Source: Lama glama
Lineage: Eukaryota
NCBI GenBank assembly: GCA_028534125.1
Contig: CM052816.1
Span: 90,398,001 to 90,462,000, forward strand
Reading direction: 5' to 3'
Length of the DNA: 64,000 nt
Shown: positions 52,163-64,000 of the stretch, piece after piece
Numbering within the stretch: position 1 is the stretch's first letter
How the letters are laid out: each line of letters opens with the position of its first letter
Position numbers and translations under genes: made by a program
The notes under the pieces: model-generated
Databases searched by the model: none
Told to the model about the DNA's origin: nothing
Seen by the model: the letters and a program-made list of their open reading frames with translations, nothing else

Positions 52163-52813
52163 TATTTTTGCCGTAAGCATCTTTGCCATAGACATCTTTA
52201 CTGCAAGCACTTTTGCCACGTAACTAATCGGCAGTAAGACAGTTGTTTTGTAAAAGGTAACTGGTTGACAGTTTGCCAGTTTGGTTTCAAATGGTTGACA
52301 GTTTTGTTTTATTTCTCCATTGACACAATAGTTCCATTTTTAAATAAATCTGAAAAAAGCAGAAGGCCTGGAAAGCACAGAGTTGGAATGTGTATCAACA
52401 GACATGTGCTACAAAACACAATGTAGAAGCTTTCACAATGCAATACACAGCTCAGTTAGAAATATGCATACTAGTATTTGGAAATTGATAGCGCTCTTTA
52501 AAAAAAACTTTTAGAAAAAGTGCAATAGCAAATGGGGAAAAAATCAACAGCAGAAACAAAAATACTATGAATAAACAACTTCAAAGATCAGTATTTTAAA
52601 AAACCCACAAAATAAAATGTTATAAAGCCATTTTAATATTGCCATTTATGCTTCATGTTTCATGTTTTAAATGTCCTTTTAATGTACCTCTTTATTTTTA
52701 ATATTTTATTTTTTTACAGCAAAACTGCCTTATATCCAATTAGTTATGCTGTGAAAATGCTTATGGAAAAGAGTTCTACAGCACAGATACTTATGGTGAA
52801 ATTACCTAAAACC
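52163..52813 (+). mobile_element. Long-TIR DNA transposon remnant (MER99-like) with a Mutator-type transposase fragment
   Basis: Imperfect inverted repeats of about 90-100 bp lie at about 52165-52256 and 52712-52813. An internal frameshifted peptide SWNVYQQTCATKHNVE/FHNAIHSSVRNMHTSIWKLIALFK is at about 52381-52502. Confidence 0.7.
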
Positions 52814-53079
52814 GTACTCAAGATTACTTACAAGAGATAACATTTCTTGGTGTCCAAATTTCATTCTTCTCCATTATACAACATAAAACTCATAAACTTA
52901 CGTCTAAAACTCAATCTTTAGCGATCATTATACAACTTACATGCAGAAAGCCCTATTTTTAACAACTTTTCAATACTCACTCTATCTGTAGAAATGCTCA
53001 ATTATCCTTCAATGTGTTTATTTTAAAGAATCTAAACCAGCATTGGCAACAAAGCTTAGTCAAAAATGGCAGATCCTAA

Positions 53080-53240
53080 CAGCTAACACTGACTGAGAAC
53101 TATGAATTGTCTCATATACTACTCTTGAAAACACATGAGGGAGGTACTTTAATGTTCACATTTTATAATTAAATAAACTGAGGTGAAAGGAACTTAAGAA
53201 ATTTGCCCATAGTCGCAGCTAAGGGAGTCAGGATTCAAAC
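53080..53240 (-). mobile_element. MIR SINE
   Basis: Reverse MIR core 'catgagggaggtactttaatgttcacattttataattaaataaactgaggtgaaaggaacttaagaaatttgccc...caggattcaaaccc'. Confidence 0.7.
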
Positions 53241-53271
53241 CCCACCCCCACCCCACCCCCACCCCACCCCC
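53240..53271 (-). repeat. (CCCCA)n repeat; G-quadruplex motif on the minus strand
   Basis: Six C4-5 runs separated by single A. Confidence 0.9.
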
Positions 53272-54092
53272 GGGTAACTGCGCCCGACTTGCACTCATTG
53301 TCCCCATCACATTTCCTCTGGAGTAGGAAGCGCAGACTCCCTGATATGTGAAATAGTGTAGCAGTGAGAATTATCGCTTAGAACTGGACCCAATGTACAG
53401 TAAATTCTGTGTAATTATTGAAGCTTGCATTCTGGATATAATTTCTTTCAGCGCTTCCTTATTCTCCTTTTTATGTATCTCATGTGATTCCTTTCTCATG
53501 CAAATCTAGCCTCAAGATCTAGATTGTTCTTTCATTGTGTCATAAATTTTTTTGGTGGAAAATTTGATGACTAATTATGCATTTTCCCAAGGTTCACTCA
53601 AAGTGTTGAATCTTTTTACCTATTAAGGAAAAAAAAAATGTTTCATCCAGTATGCTCTGTTTTCCTGAGAGGATTGGGGACGGGAGTTCTCATCACATAA
53701 GCCTGTATCTTTTTTTTTCCCAGTAAAGTGCATTGTTCTGACTATCTGCCTTTGGGGCTGTAACCTCTTCATATCTATTCTTCCAGCCTCCCAGGTTCTG
53801 TAAACCTGCATTCAAGAACAGAGGGTTTAAACCTGAATCCTTATGGCAAGTAAGCAAGAAAAGAATTTATTAGTTTAGTTCAAGCTTAAAATAAATTCCT
53901 CTATTTTATGGAAAAGTATGAACAGGATTACTTCTATGGAATACCTTTAAATACCCCTGGTCTGAAGAATTCTGGAATTATTACTGTCTAGCCATGTTAC
54001 TCCCAATATCACCTAGATTACATTTAACTTGTATATTTGTTCTTAAAAATGAAGGTACATAAAAATAGTTGCCTAACAGTAAATAATCAGGT

Positions 54093-54102
54093 TCTCTCTC
54101 TG

Positions 54103-54150
<48 letters not shown>
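54093..54150. repeat. Compound (TC/TG)n(CA)n microsatellite
   Basis: Read directly. Confidence 0.95.
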
Positions 54151-54151
<1 letters not shown>

Positions 54152-55529
54152 GTGAAGACAGAGATTCCAACATGCACTTATCCCAAATAAGAATTTGAAA
54201 AATGGAAGTGTACTGTGTGAACTTCTGATATGATGGAAGACGTGGGCAAAGAATATGGCCTTGGATTTTACCAGGCAATATGGATTTACAAAGCAGACAA
54301 CTGAACTCGTACAACTAAAACTACCCAAAGACTGTTAAAGTAAAGCAATGTGTAATACACTAGCAAATATATGGATTCACTGTATTTTGCTACATTTTTA
54401 CATTGTCCTTTGTTACATTACTGTTCTTAAGATAGGAGTCTCGAACATCTCAATATTCAATATTCATCTCACATATTCTTTCTTCAATATCTTTACATAA
54501 ATTATATGCTGTGATTCAGCTTTCTCACATCCCTTATCATTTTTATTTGTTTTCTGATGATTTTTTTTTATTTTGACCACTTCTTTAGGTTAATCCTTTA
54601 AATACTTTAACTCATCATATTTCAAACTTATCAAAGATATCCTATCCCCTGACTCCACATCCCTAAGCCAACCAATACAGAAACACAGACACACAGACAC
54701 CAAGATGCCGAAGGATGAAAACAAGTTCACAAGGCCGATCGATAGCAAAACAGACACACTTAGGTACAAATTTTTTACACTCTAATTCAGTTGACGCTCT
54801 GCCTACTGAACCATGCTCCCGCAGGAGGACATCCAGTTCATTGTCACTGATCAGCAGTTGCCAAATGTTTAACTACCAGTGAAAATAGCTCTGTGCTCAA
54901 TCTATGAATGATACCCAGATCAAAGCAGAACTGCTCCCAAACACCACAGTATTGTCCCATCTATTGTTCCCAAATCCTAGGCTTATAGCCAGCCAACAAA
55001 ACCAGCCTTTGGTGGGCTTAATTACCTTTTTTATCCCAACCATAGCTCCCCCAGTAAGAATAGCAGCCCTGACGAAGGCAAATCGCAGTGCTGCCATTCT
55101 GGAAAGAGGGGCCCGAACGTGGGCAATGACTGTGCCAGCATTACTTGCCAGGTGAAAGAATGGCGTGGTGTCATGAGATTTCTCAACAAAGGCATGTTGG
55201 GTTCCCTCCTGACATAAAGGGTTGGATGTGACTAGATACTTCTTAAATTTTATCACTGTTCTTCATATCCTCTGCCTACATCAAACCACCTCTAGCTGGA
55301 ATTTTCTCCAGTGAACTGAACTTTTAACAGTATCCATTTTCCTCCAAGCCATCAGTCTACACAGGGCTTATTCACTGAAACAGGTGCAGTTAAAAACATG
55401 TTCAAATGGTATACTTTTTATATTTACAGATATGTCTAATTCTAATAACTATTCTAGAGCCATGACAGCAAGAAAACAAAAGGTATTTTGAGCAGGAAAT
55501 TAATTTTATATTTATAAAACTTTGGAGCC

Positions 55530-55670
55530 AAAAGGGCCTCAATTGTAAATTTTATAGAGTAGAAAATTGAGAACCAGAGAAGTAGAGAGACTCTCTCAGG
55601 TCACACAAACAAGGCTAATATCTGAAACTGAAGTCCCCAGAGTCTCCATTCAAACCCATCATATTTCACA
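55530..55670 (-). mobile_element. MIR fragment
   Basis: Reverse MIR core 'attttatagagtagaaaattgagaaccagagaagtagagagactctctcaggtcacaca'. Confidence 0.6.
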
Positions 55671-56169
55671 ATGTGTTGCTCCTTATTACATCAAGTACCG
55701 CTAAATACAATTGGTCAAAAAACATCAACAAATGACTTCACATGCGAATGTTAGCTTATATTATAATTATTGTTTATTTCCTTTACATTGATTAACAAAG
55801 ATAAAAATACTCCAATAGCTCTTGGAAACTTACCTATTCTTAAGCACAAAACAAGTGAACAAATAGAAAATTTTTATCAGAGGCTAAATACAACTATTAG
55901 TTATATTCATAAATGGTATGATCATGTAGGTAACAGCAACCAAACCAAAGATTGGCTTATTAAAAAAAAACCAATTTAAAATAGTCAAGAAGACTTTCTT
56001 TCGCTGTTAAATATCAGGATATCAGAATATTAAAGACATGAAACATCTTTTCATGCAATAATTATTTAGAAAGAAAAAATAAAATTAACAGGAACCGGCC
56101 TGCTTTTAAGATTTAGTCAGTATCACAGGAAGCATGGCACAACACAGTGGTTTTTGGGTTTGGGGTTTT

Positions 56170-56583
56170 TGCACTTAAAACAACAGAAATTTATTCTCTC
56201 ACAGTTCAGGAAACCAAAAGCCCAAAATCAAGATATCGGCTGTGTTGGTTCCCTCTGGAGACTGAGGCAGACTCTCTGTTCCATGCCTGTCTCCTAGCTT
56301 TTGGTGGTTGTTGATAATCTTTGGTATTCCTTGGCTTTTAACTGGACCACTCCAATCTTTGCTTCTGTCGTTACAGAACTTTCTCCCTATGTGTATCCTC
56401 AGGATCTGTATCCCATCTGCCCCTCCTTTTTCACTGGATTTAGGACCCACTCTAATCTAGTGTGCCTCATTTTAACTTGGTTACATCTGTCAAGACCCTG
56501 TTTCCAAATAAGCCCTTATTCACAGGTGGTAAGGCATTGGGACTTGAACATACCTTTTGGAGGACACAATTCAACTCATCACA
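56170..56583 (-). mobile_element. MaLR LTR (MLT1B/C-like)
   Basis: Reverse MLT1B/C features 'cttaaaacaacagaaatttattctctcacagttc...ctcctagcttttggtggttg...ggatttaggacccactctaatc...ccctgtttccaaataag...ggacacaattcaactcatcaca'. Confidence 0.9.
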
Positions 56584-56861
56584 GTTTGCTATGAATTTGT
56601 AATTAGTATTTTATTTGACAATTCAAGGAAGAATTTAACACTGTGTCTAGCTCATAGTAGGTATTCAAACAATGCTACTTCCTTTCCTCTGATAACACGA
56701 CCTTTTATAAATGCTTCTTTGATCTCTTCTGTAATCAGCATGACCATCAGATTGTGTTTCTAAATTACCAGCATAAAAATATTATTTGACTGGAACTCTG
56801 TGGATTTCCAAAGAATGTTTTTATTTTATGTAGGGATGTAATGGAAAAGCTACACTAAGGT

Positions 56862-56926
56862 ATTTTTATAAGACATGATATATACGTATATAAAAGATAT
56901 ACGTATATATCATGTCTTATAAAAAT
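56862..56926. repeat. Perfect inverted repeat, 30-bp arms, 5-nt spacer
   Basis: atttttataagacatgatatatacgtatat - aaaag - atatacgtatatatcatgtcttataaaaat. Confidence 0.97.
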
Positions 56927-57386
56927 CATGTACACAATGGAATACTACTCAGCCATAGAAAAGAATGAACATTTGCCATTTGTAGAAATACGGATGGATT
57001 TGGAGGGTATTATGCTAAGTGAAATAAGTCAGACAGAGAAATACAAATGCTGTATGTTACCACTTATACATGGAATCTAAAATACAGCTAGCGAATATAA
57101 CAAAAAAGAAGCAGACTCACAGATTTAGAGAACAAACAAGTAGTTACCAGCGGGGAGATGGAAGGGGGCAGGAACACTATAGGGGTAGAGATTAAGAGGT
57201 ACAAATTATTGTGTATAAAATAAGCTGCACATGAGGGATGTATTGTACAACACAGGGAATATAGCCAATGTTTTATAAGAACTATGAATGGAGTATAACC
57301 TTTAAAAGTTCTGAATCACTATATTGTTTGTACAGCTATAACTTATATAATATTGTACATCAACTATACTTCAATATTTTTAAAAA
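56927..57386 (+). mobile_element. L1 3' end (L1MA9/artiodactyl-like)
   Basis: L1 3' end 'acacaatggaatactactcagccat...tatgctaagtgaaataagtcagacagagaaa...gtacaacacagggaatatagccaat...tattgtacatcaactatacttcaat'. Confidence 0.92.
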
Positions 57387-57389
57387 GTA

Positions 57390-57565
57390 CAGTGGTTCTT
57401 AATCTTAGCTTCATATTTGAAATATCTGGGGAACTTTTAAAAATCTCAATAGACAAATCATAGTAAAGACTAGTTATAAAAAATCTCTAGAGCTGGAACT
57501 AAGGCACTGACAGTTTTAAAGCTCCCCAGGAAATTTCAGTCTACAGATAAATTTGAGAATCACTG
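57390..57565. mobile_element. MER5A hAT-Charlie MITE
   Basis: TIRs cagtggttcttaa and ttgagaatcactg, with internal 'ctggggaacttttaaaaat...ttttaaagctccccagg'. Confidence 0.85.
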
Positions 57566-57599
57566 GAATAGTAAAAGTAACACAAGTTTTATATTCAAC

Positions 57600-57805
57600 A
57601 TATATGGCATTGGATCCTGCATCTGTCCCTTATAAATCTGGGCAAGTTTCTTTATCACTCTGTGCTTTGGTTTCTTATTTTGTGAAATAATGATGGTGCT
57701 GATGATACCTAACTTGTACAATTGCTATGTGTGTCAGTGTTAATATATGAAAATCCACACAGCACGTAACAAAGGACAGGCAGTGGATTCATATTAGCTG
57801 TTAGT
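57600..57805 (+). mobile_element. MIR SINE
   Basis: MIR-like segment 'ctgggcaagtttctttatcactctgtgctttggtttcttattttgtgaaataatgatg...atacctaacttg'. Confidence 0.65.
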
Positions 57806-57809
57806 TTAT

Positions 57810-60040
57810 GAGGAGGCTCTGTTTCCATTCATGGTGGAATAGCTTGTATCAGACCAAACTTTCTGTAAATAACAATTATAAACTCTACACAAATATAAAA
57901 AAGCAACTGTTTGAGGGTATTAGGGTACAACTCAAAGGCATGAAGAAACTGAAGATGATACAATCCTTAAGGGAAGGGAAGCACACTAGGTGGACTTTTC
58001 CCTTGAGAACATTCTTAGGCTTATTGAAGTCTAGAGACAGAACAGAAACAAACCAGTAAACAATACTGTATTGGGAAGAGAACACAAAGCGTGGAGTGCA
58101 GGGCTGCTTAGCAGAGCAGTAAATTGGAAGAAAAATTTCAGAGAGGAAAGAAACACAGAGGAAATATTTCACAAGTTGCACACAAATTTTCTTCAAATCT
58201 TCAGGCTACACCTAAACTGTACATGTTTATGGTGAGAATCTAAGGAACCCAGCTGAAAGGATTAATAACTATATTGAAAAAAAAACTATATCAGCAGCTA
58301 CCTAATAGTGGAGAGAGTTTGTAGTGCAAATCTAGCCTGGCTAACAGAGCTTGATAAATACCTTCACTTTTCACTGAAACCCTAGAAGGGCTACACCTTA
58401 GGAGAAAGAAACATGTATTTTGACTAAAGTCTATGGCATGGGATTAACAGCAAAACCAAAACAAGCATCCACACACAAACCCTAAAACCAAGTCTCCAAA
58501 AGATCGAGGGACTATGCTAAATTAGTAAATTAATGGCCTTTCAGAATGAAATTTAACACTCTTTAGAAAAAAAACAACAATCTAGAAGGTTTATTATCCA
58601 AAATATTCAATATCCAATTAAAAATTAATAGGCATACAAAAAGTATGAAAATATGACCAAACTAATGAAAAGAAAATTAATCAGAAGAAGCTAACCCACA
58701 TAAGACTTAGATGTTGAACTTAACAAAGACTTTGAAATAATTAACAGAATTCTACTAAAGAATTTAGGAATAAATGATGGAAAAATAGAAGAACAGATAT
58801 GAAACCTCAGCAGAGTATAAACCAAAAAATGAAAAAGGGGAAGGAGAAGAGAAAAAAAAAAAAAGAACCAAATAGAAATTACATACTGAAAATACAATAT
58901 CAGAACTAAAAATTTCATTAAAGCAGCTTAACATCAGACTAGACCTATAGAAGAAAGAACCAGTTAATTAACTCAAAGATAAAAGCTAAAAATAAAATAA
59001 AATAAAATAGTGAAGTATATAATATTGTGGGGCAATATTTTATGATCTGGCATATGTAACTGAAGATCCAGAAAGAAATAAGAATGAGACAGAAGAAATG
59101 CTTAAAGAGAAAATATCTAAAACATTTCCAAACCAATAAAAAAGACATCAGCAGACACCCCTCAAACCCACCATATGAACCTCAAACAGGACAAACATAT
59201 ATAGGCACCTTATTTTCAAACTAGTGAAAACCAATGATAATTAAGAAAAAGGAAGATATTAAAGAAAAGTATTAAATCCAATCAGAGAAAAAACAACCCA
59301 TCAGTTCAGGGGAACTGCCATAAGAATTTTGACTGACTTCCCACCAGAAATGATGGAAGATAGAAGATAATGGAATGATATCTTTAAAATGCTAAATGAA
59401 ATATCTCTCAATTTATTTTTTTCACCAGGAACTATATCCTTCAACAAATAAAGGCAAATCAAAGTCATTTTCAAACAAAGCTAAGAAAATTTGTTATAGG
59501 CAAAATCTCACTACAAGAAATGCTAAAGGAAATTCTGTAGGGCTGAAGGAAATAAAACAAAATGGAAAAGCAGGTCCCATGAAGGAATAAAGATATAAGA
59601 ACTAGAAAATATTCTAGTCAATATTAAAAAATGATTTTCTTAATTTATTTAAAAGTCAATTGACCATTTAAAGTAAAAAATAAAAAATATTGATGTACTG
59701 TGCACCTTAAAATACAGAGAAAAAGGTGAGGGGAGGGTATAGCTCAGTGGTAGAGCATGTGCTTATCATGCACAAGGTCCTGGGTTCAATCCCCAGTACC
59801 TGCATTAAAAACTAAATACAAAATAAAAACCGAATTACCCTCCTCAAAAAACAAAAACAAAATACAGAGAAAAGTAAAATATGTGATAGTACAAAAAAAA
59901 TACCTAGAAAGAGTGGTAAATGGAATTAAACAATTATAAGATCCTAACATTTCACATAAGGTAGTAAATATTAATTTAAAGTAACATCTGCTAAATTAAA
60001 GATATATCTTGCAATGCCTACAGCAAGCAATGAAAAAATA
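57810..60040 (+). mobile_element. Old L1 (L1M-type) 5' region and decayed ORF1
   Basis: A-rich strand with ORF1 C-terminal remnants at about 59300-59545 ('ataagaattttgactgacttcccaccagaaatgatggaagatagaagataatggaatgatatctttaaaatgct', 'ctacaagaaatgctaaaggaaattct'), with many stops and frameshifts. Confidence 0.7.
59730..59858 (+). mobile_element. Camelid tRNA-Ala-derived SINE (vic-1-like) inserted in the old L1
   Basis: Head ggggagggtatagctcagtggtagagcatgtgcttatcatgcacaaggtcctgggttcaatccccagtacc. A 15-bp TSD aaaatacagagaaaa lies at 59709-59723 and 59859-59873. Confidence 0.93.
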
Positions 60041-60519
60041 AAACATCTTGGCAGCTGCAAGTGTGAAAAGAAGACAACAACGGAGGAGTAAATGCAACCT
60101 TCACCAACTCATTCTTGATTTCAGACCTGACCTCCAGGTGGGAAGGCAGGGATGATTTCCCTGAGGAAATCTTGAATCGGTTGAGATAACCCTATGCTCT
60201 GAGATTTTATTTCTTCTAATCTTGGAATGGGGGCTTAAACAAGAAATGACATGTAAGAGAAATATACAGATGCATTTCTGATGCTCTTGAGTGTATAGAC
60301 TTACATTTTACACTTGCTATATGTGTCTACATTTATGAGACAAAAAACAAGTCTGGAAAGATATACACAAAACTGTTCATCAGTAGATCTGAGAAATAAG
60401 TTAGAGAAGCATGGGGTAAAGGACTTAGAATAGAATATGTACTTCATACACTCTTGGGGCATTTTCCCACACTTACTTTAAAACAAAAGAGGGGAAACAC
60501 AAGTAAAACAGTTTTAAAA

Positions 60520-60650
60520 ATTCAACAGACCTGCTTCCCTACTTACTAGCTTTATGACCTCAAGTAGGTTACTTAACCTCATTAGGTCTCTCCGTTGGTA
60601 TAATGTTGTATTTACCTTATGAGGTTGTTATAAGGACTAAATAAAGTCAT
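60520..60650 (+). mobile_element. MIR fragment
   Basis: MIR-like segment 'acttactagctttatgacctcaagtaggttacttaacctc...accttatgaggttgttataaggactaaataa'. Confidence 0.7.
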
Positions 60651-61878
60651 TGTCTTCTCCTCAATCTGGCCATTAGGCCAAATTTATTGGGGTGCTAGGC
60701 AATATGAGTATATGCAATATTTTATGAAATATCTCAAACATTCAAAAGTCAAACACATTAATTACTTCTGAGGTTAAGTGTATAAATATGAAACTATATA
60801 GGATAAAGACTATTAAAAAATGTTCACATCAATTGAGGTTGGGTTTTGACACTAAATGAATTAGAAAAATAGAAACCTGTTAGTTTCCCATTTTGAAATT
60901 GTGGATGAAGGATTGACCCAAGAAGGATCAAGTAAGGGTCAACTTGTTGGTCGATCCATTGGTTGCTTAAACAAACCAGAATCTCAGTACTCTGCAACGC
61001 TCATGCCATGAATAGCACCCGGGAACTGAGGCTGAGGGATTCCAGCTCCTGTCTCCCATCTCGTTCTCATGGCAAGGCACACACTCACTGAATGGAGTGA
61101 ACGGCGTAATCACTCCTTATGCATAGATTCTTTTTCTGTCTATTTTTCCCATAGTCAAGTGATAGTTAAATTCTCCTGTCTTAAACATTCATATAACATG
61201 AATCTATTATGTCAGCAGAGAGTTAATTCTTGGCATAACTTTAGCATTCACTGGGCCTAGAAATCAGGAAAAGACTCAAATATTTATGAAAGATTAAGGA
61301 CTAACAGCCAAGTAAATAAAGATAAAAATGTCTTATAAGATTCTTATTCCTTTTTATTTTTAATTTTTTTCTTCCCTTTTTCACTCTTCTCTACTCCCAG
61401 AAAGAGTAGAATTTGAATAGGGAGTAACCCATCAAAACAAGAGACTGCTGAATTACCTGCTTTAGGTACTCAGGGTCAAACTGAAGGACACTGAAATTTA
61501 TGACACTAGCGGCTCTAATAATTAACTCAGGAAGAAGAGGCAAGGTTGATGGCACTCAATTCCAGGCCAGACTCAGTAATACTCCTCTTACTTCCCTTTC
61601 TGAAACCTTCTCCTTGTCTTGCCTCTTATCTATGGTCCTTCCTGTTTCCAGTATCATCATCTTTCCCACTAGCTGCCCAAAGTCCCTCATCTTTACCAAA
61701 ACAAACAAACAAACAATAAATAAACAAAACAAAAAAACTCTCTTTTTCTAAATCTCTACCTTGACTCCTTTCAAGACTCTTAATCTGATTAAAATAATGC
61801 ATACCTAAAGTTTGCTTAAGGAAAAAAGAATATAAAACTTCCTGAGAATAATTTGAAATTTAAAATAATTTTCTAGTT

Positions 61879-62015
61879 GGGGAAGGTGATAGCTCAGTGG
61901 TAGAGGACATGCCTAGCATGCATGAGGTCCTGGGTTCAATCCCCAATACCTCCACTAAAAAAACTAAGTAAATAAACTTACTTACCTTCCTCCTACACTA
62001 AATTAATTAATTAAT
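61879..62015 (+). mobile_element. Camelid tRNA-Ala-derived SINE (vic-1-like)
   Basis: ggggaaggtgatagctcagtggtagaggacatgcctagcatgcatgaggtcctgggttcaatccccaatacctcc followed by an A-rich linker and tail. No clear TSD. Confidence 0.9.
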
Positions 62016-64000
62016 AATGTTTTATTCAAAATAATATTTGCTCTGTAGTTTGTAAAGAAGCATATTCCTGAATTCTTTGTTTGTCTCCTGCTGCCCCAAT
62101 ACGTCCCATGCTGTGTTTCTATCCACACCCAGATACGTACTCTCATTGTGTTTAAAACAGAACTAAATAAAAATAGTCATTCTTTCAGGAAAATACAATG
62201 ACTGGCTCAACAAACCACAAGTCACAAATAGGAAGTAAGGAGAAAATTTTTAGACTTTATTTCTGGCCAACAGCTCGAGCCAGTGTCCCTCAAAAAATGT
62301 CTTTACTCTGGGATTCCATATTAAAATTATCTCAAATAATAACTATAAACCAAAGCTTTAGCCTGGTGTTCCCTGCTAAAATTATCTCAAATAACAAATG
62401 CAGAGGAAGCTGCCAAATCAATTTCTTTTCACCCAGTGTAGGGGGTTTGGACCAACTTCTCCATCACCACACGATCAATCACCAGTTCCATGCAGACGTC
62501 CAAACTCTGCCATTATCGTAGCTAAGTGGTTCAGATAATACATTCTCAAATCAATATTCTAGTCACAAATCACGACTTCAGGCTTTTATGACCTTATTTT
62601 ATTTCTCTCCATTGTCATCAATGTTTTCTGGTAAGTTTCATAATTCCCCAGAGCTTGAAGTTGCCTAAACAGTCACTCCATTATTAATTGCTAATAATGT
62701 TAATTATTGACTCTCTGCTATTGAAATTCTAAACATACAAATAATAGAAGTTAATATTAAAGTTTTTAAGATTTTGTAAGACATTATGTACTGTGGACAT
62801 TTAGTAAATATTTGTGAGTAAGTGCATGAGTTAATGAGAAAATTAATTGGCAGATATTTCTAAGCTTCAGTGTAAAGAATTGATGTTTTGAAGAGATTAC
62901 ACCTTGTTCATTCCTGAGTATTATCATCTACACTAAAAGCGTCCCTCTGTATTTGTTTTAAAATAATAACAGATATGTTCCAGTTTTGAACAATGCATCA
63001 GAAAATAAACTTCTTTCCATTTGCTCAAACACTCTGATCAGATAGAACTTACTTCCTACAAAGTGCATTCTCAGGCTTTCTCGAAATTGCACATCAGTTC
63101 TGCACACACACACAGGCAGGAGAAGATGTTGTGGCACTTACATTACGCCTTGAAATCAAGCTTTATTCTTGTTCTTGGTACCACACAGCTCAGACCCTGT
63201 GCTGAGAGCCTGACTTTTTTCCTAATCTTTGGTCAAGGTTATTGATGTTTTCTTTACAGACATAGGTCCCTGGATCTTGATCCTCCAAGAGTCTTCTCTG
63301 GATTTCTGATCCCTATTACCTGACTTTGTGTTTCTCACATGCATTTGTACCCACTGACCCCTTCTTGAACTTCTTTGGACCAGAAATCTTGACCTAGTCC
63401 AAATTCCAAAACCAGCTTCTCCAACCCATCGCGTCCTTTGGCCATACTCACTTAGGATTCAACCAGGGCAAGTGCACTCCCTTTATGAAGTTAGTTCCTG
63501 AACTAGCCTTTATCTTATCTACAAACCAGTTGCTTCTGTTACCCCAGCTCCAACTCTCACTACAAGTTTTCAGTCTTCCCTGAGCTTTGCTTTCTCAGTC
63601 TAGTGAACTACTTACTTGGCTCTTTCTGGCCCCCACACGTCTGCTTTATTTCCCATTTACGGTGTTGTCCTCTATGAACTGGTATAGCAGTGAAAGCAAT
63701 CAAAGAAACAAATGAAAACAAAAGTAACCAAAGAAAAGTTTTTCCCTTAGATCAAAGCACCCCGTACTTATGAACTGACAGATAATCCTGACCAGGTACG
63801 GAGCAACAAGGATCTCAGGTATAAATCATCACACTGTTTCTGCTGGAAACCAAATAGGGAAAATAGGATACTGTTAAACCTCAATCCACGTGAAGGTGTA
63901 ACAGCCCCACACTCACCTAATGTTCTACTGTCACATACTGGACATCTAGTGTAAATTAGAATATTTCTCTATCTGGGTGGGTGATTCACAAAAAGATACC

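Noticed and set aside
1..64000. The short ORFs in the six-frame track as host genes
   Set aside because: They are 60-150 aa, low-complexity or repeat-derived, resemble no protein I recognise and have no consistent exon structure. This is the chance expectation for mammalian non-coding DNA.

Overview
This window is AT-rich, CpG-depleted, non-coding mammalian DNA (intronic or intergenic). It is very probably camelid (camel, alpaca or llama), judged from copies of a tRNA-Ala-derived SINE (GGGGAGGGTATAGCTCAGTGGTAGAG...) and from artiodactyl-type L1 3' ends. I can support no host protein-coding exon, RNA gene or CRISPR array; the only real coding remnants are decayed transposon ORFs (L1 ORF1/ORF2, Tigger and Mutator-like transposases). 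The window is a patchwork of L1, L2, MIR, MaLR/ERVL LTRs and DNA transposons (MER91A, MER58, MER20, MER53, MER5A, Tigger6a), with a 500-N gap inside a young L1. I do not see a new biological system. The most notable structures are: (1) an ERV transcript apparently re-inserted by L1 machinery (PPT + U3-R + polyA + TSD) that carries NF-kB/STAT/GC motifs; (2) a 44-bp near-exact copy of the local Tigger6a placed 2.5 kb away; (3) a long-TIR element with a Mutator-type transposase remnant; (4) a perfect 30-bp-arm palindrome at an L1 junction; (5) a tandem duplication that doubles a DR2 nuclear-receptor site; (6) a CCAAT+CRE+ETS promoter-like cluster; and (7) a half-tRNA SINE nested in another SINE. 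Repeat family names come from my recall of consensus sequences, not from a database search, and the boundaries of old repeats are approximate.
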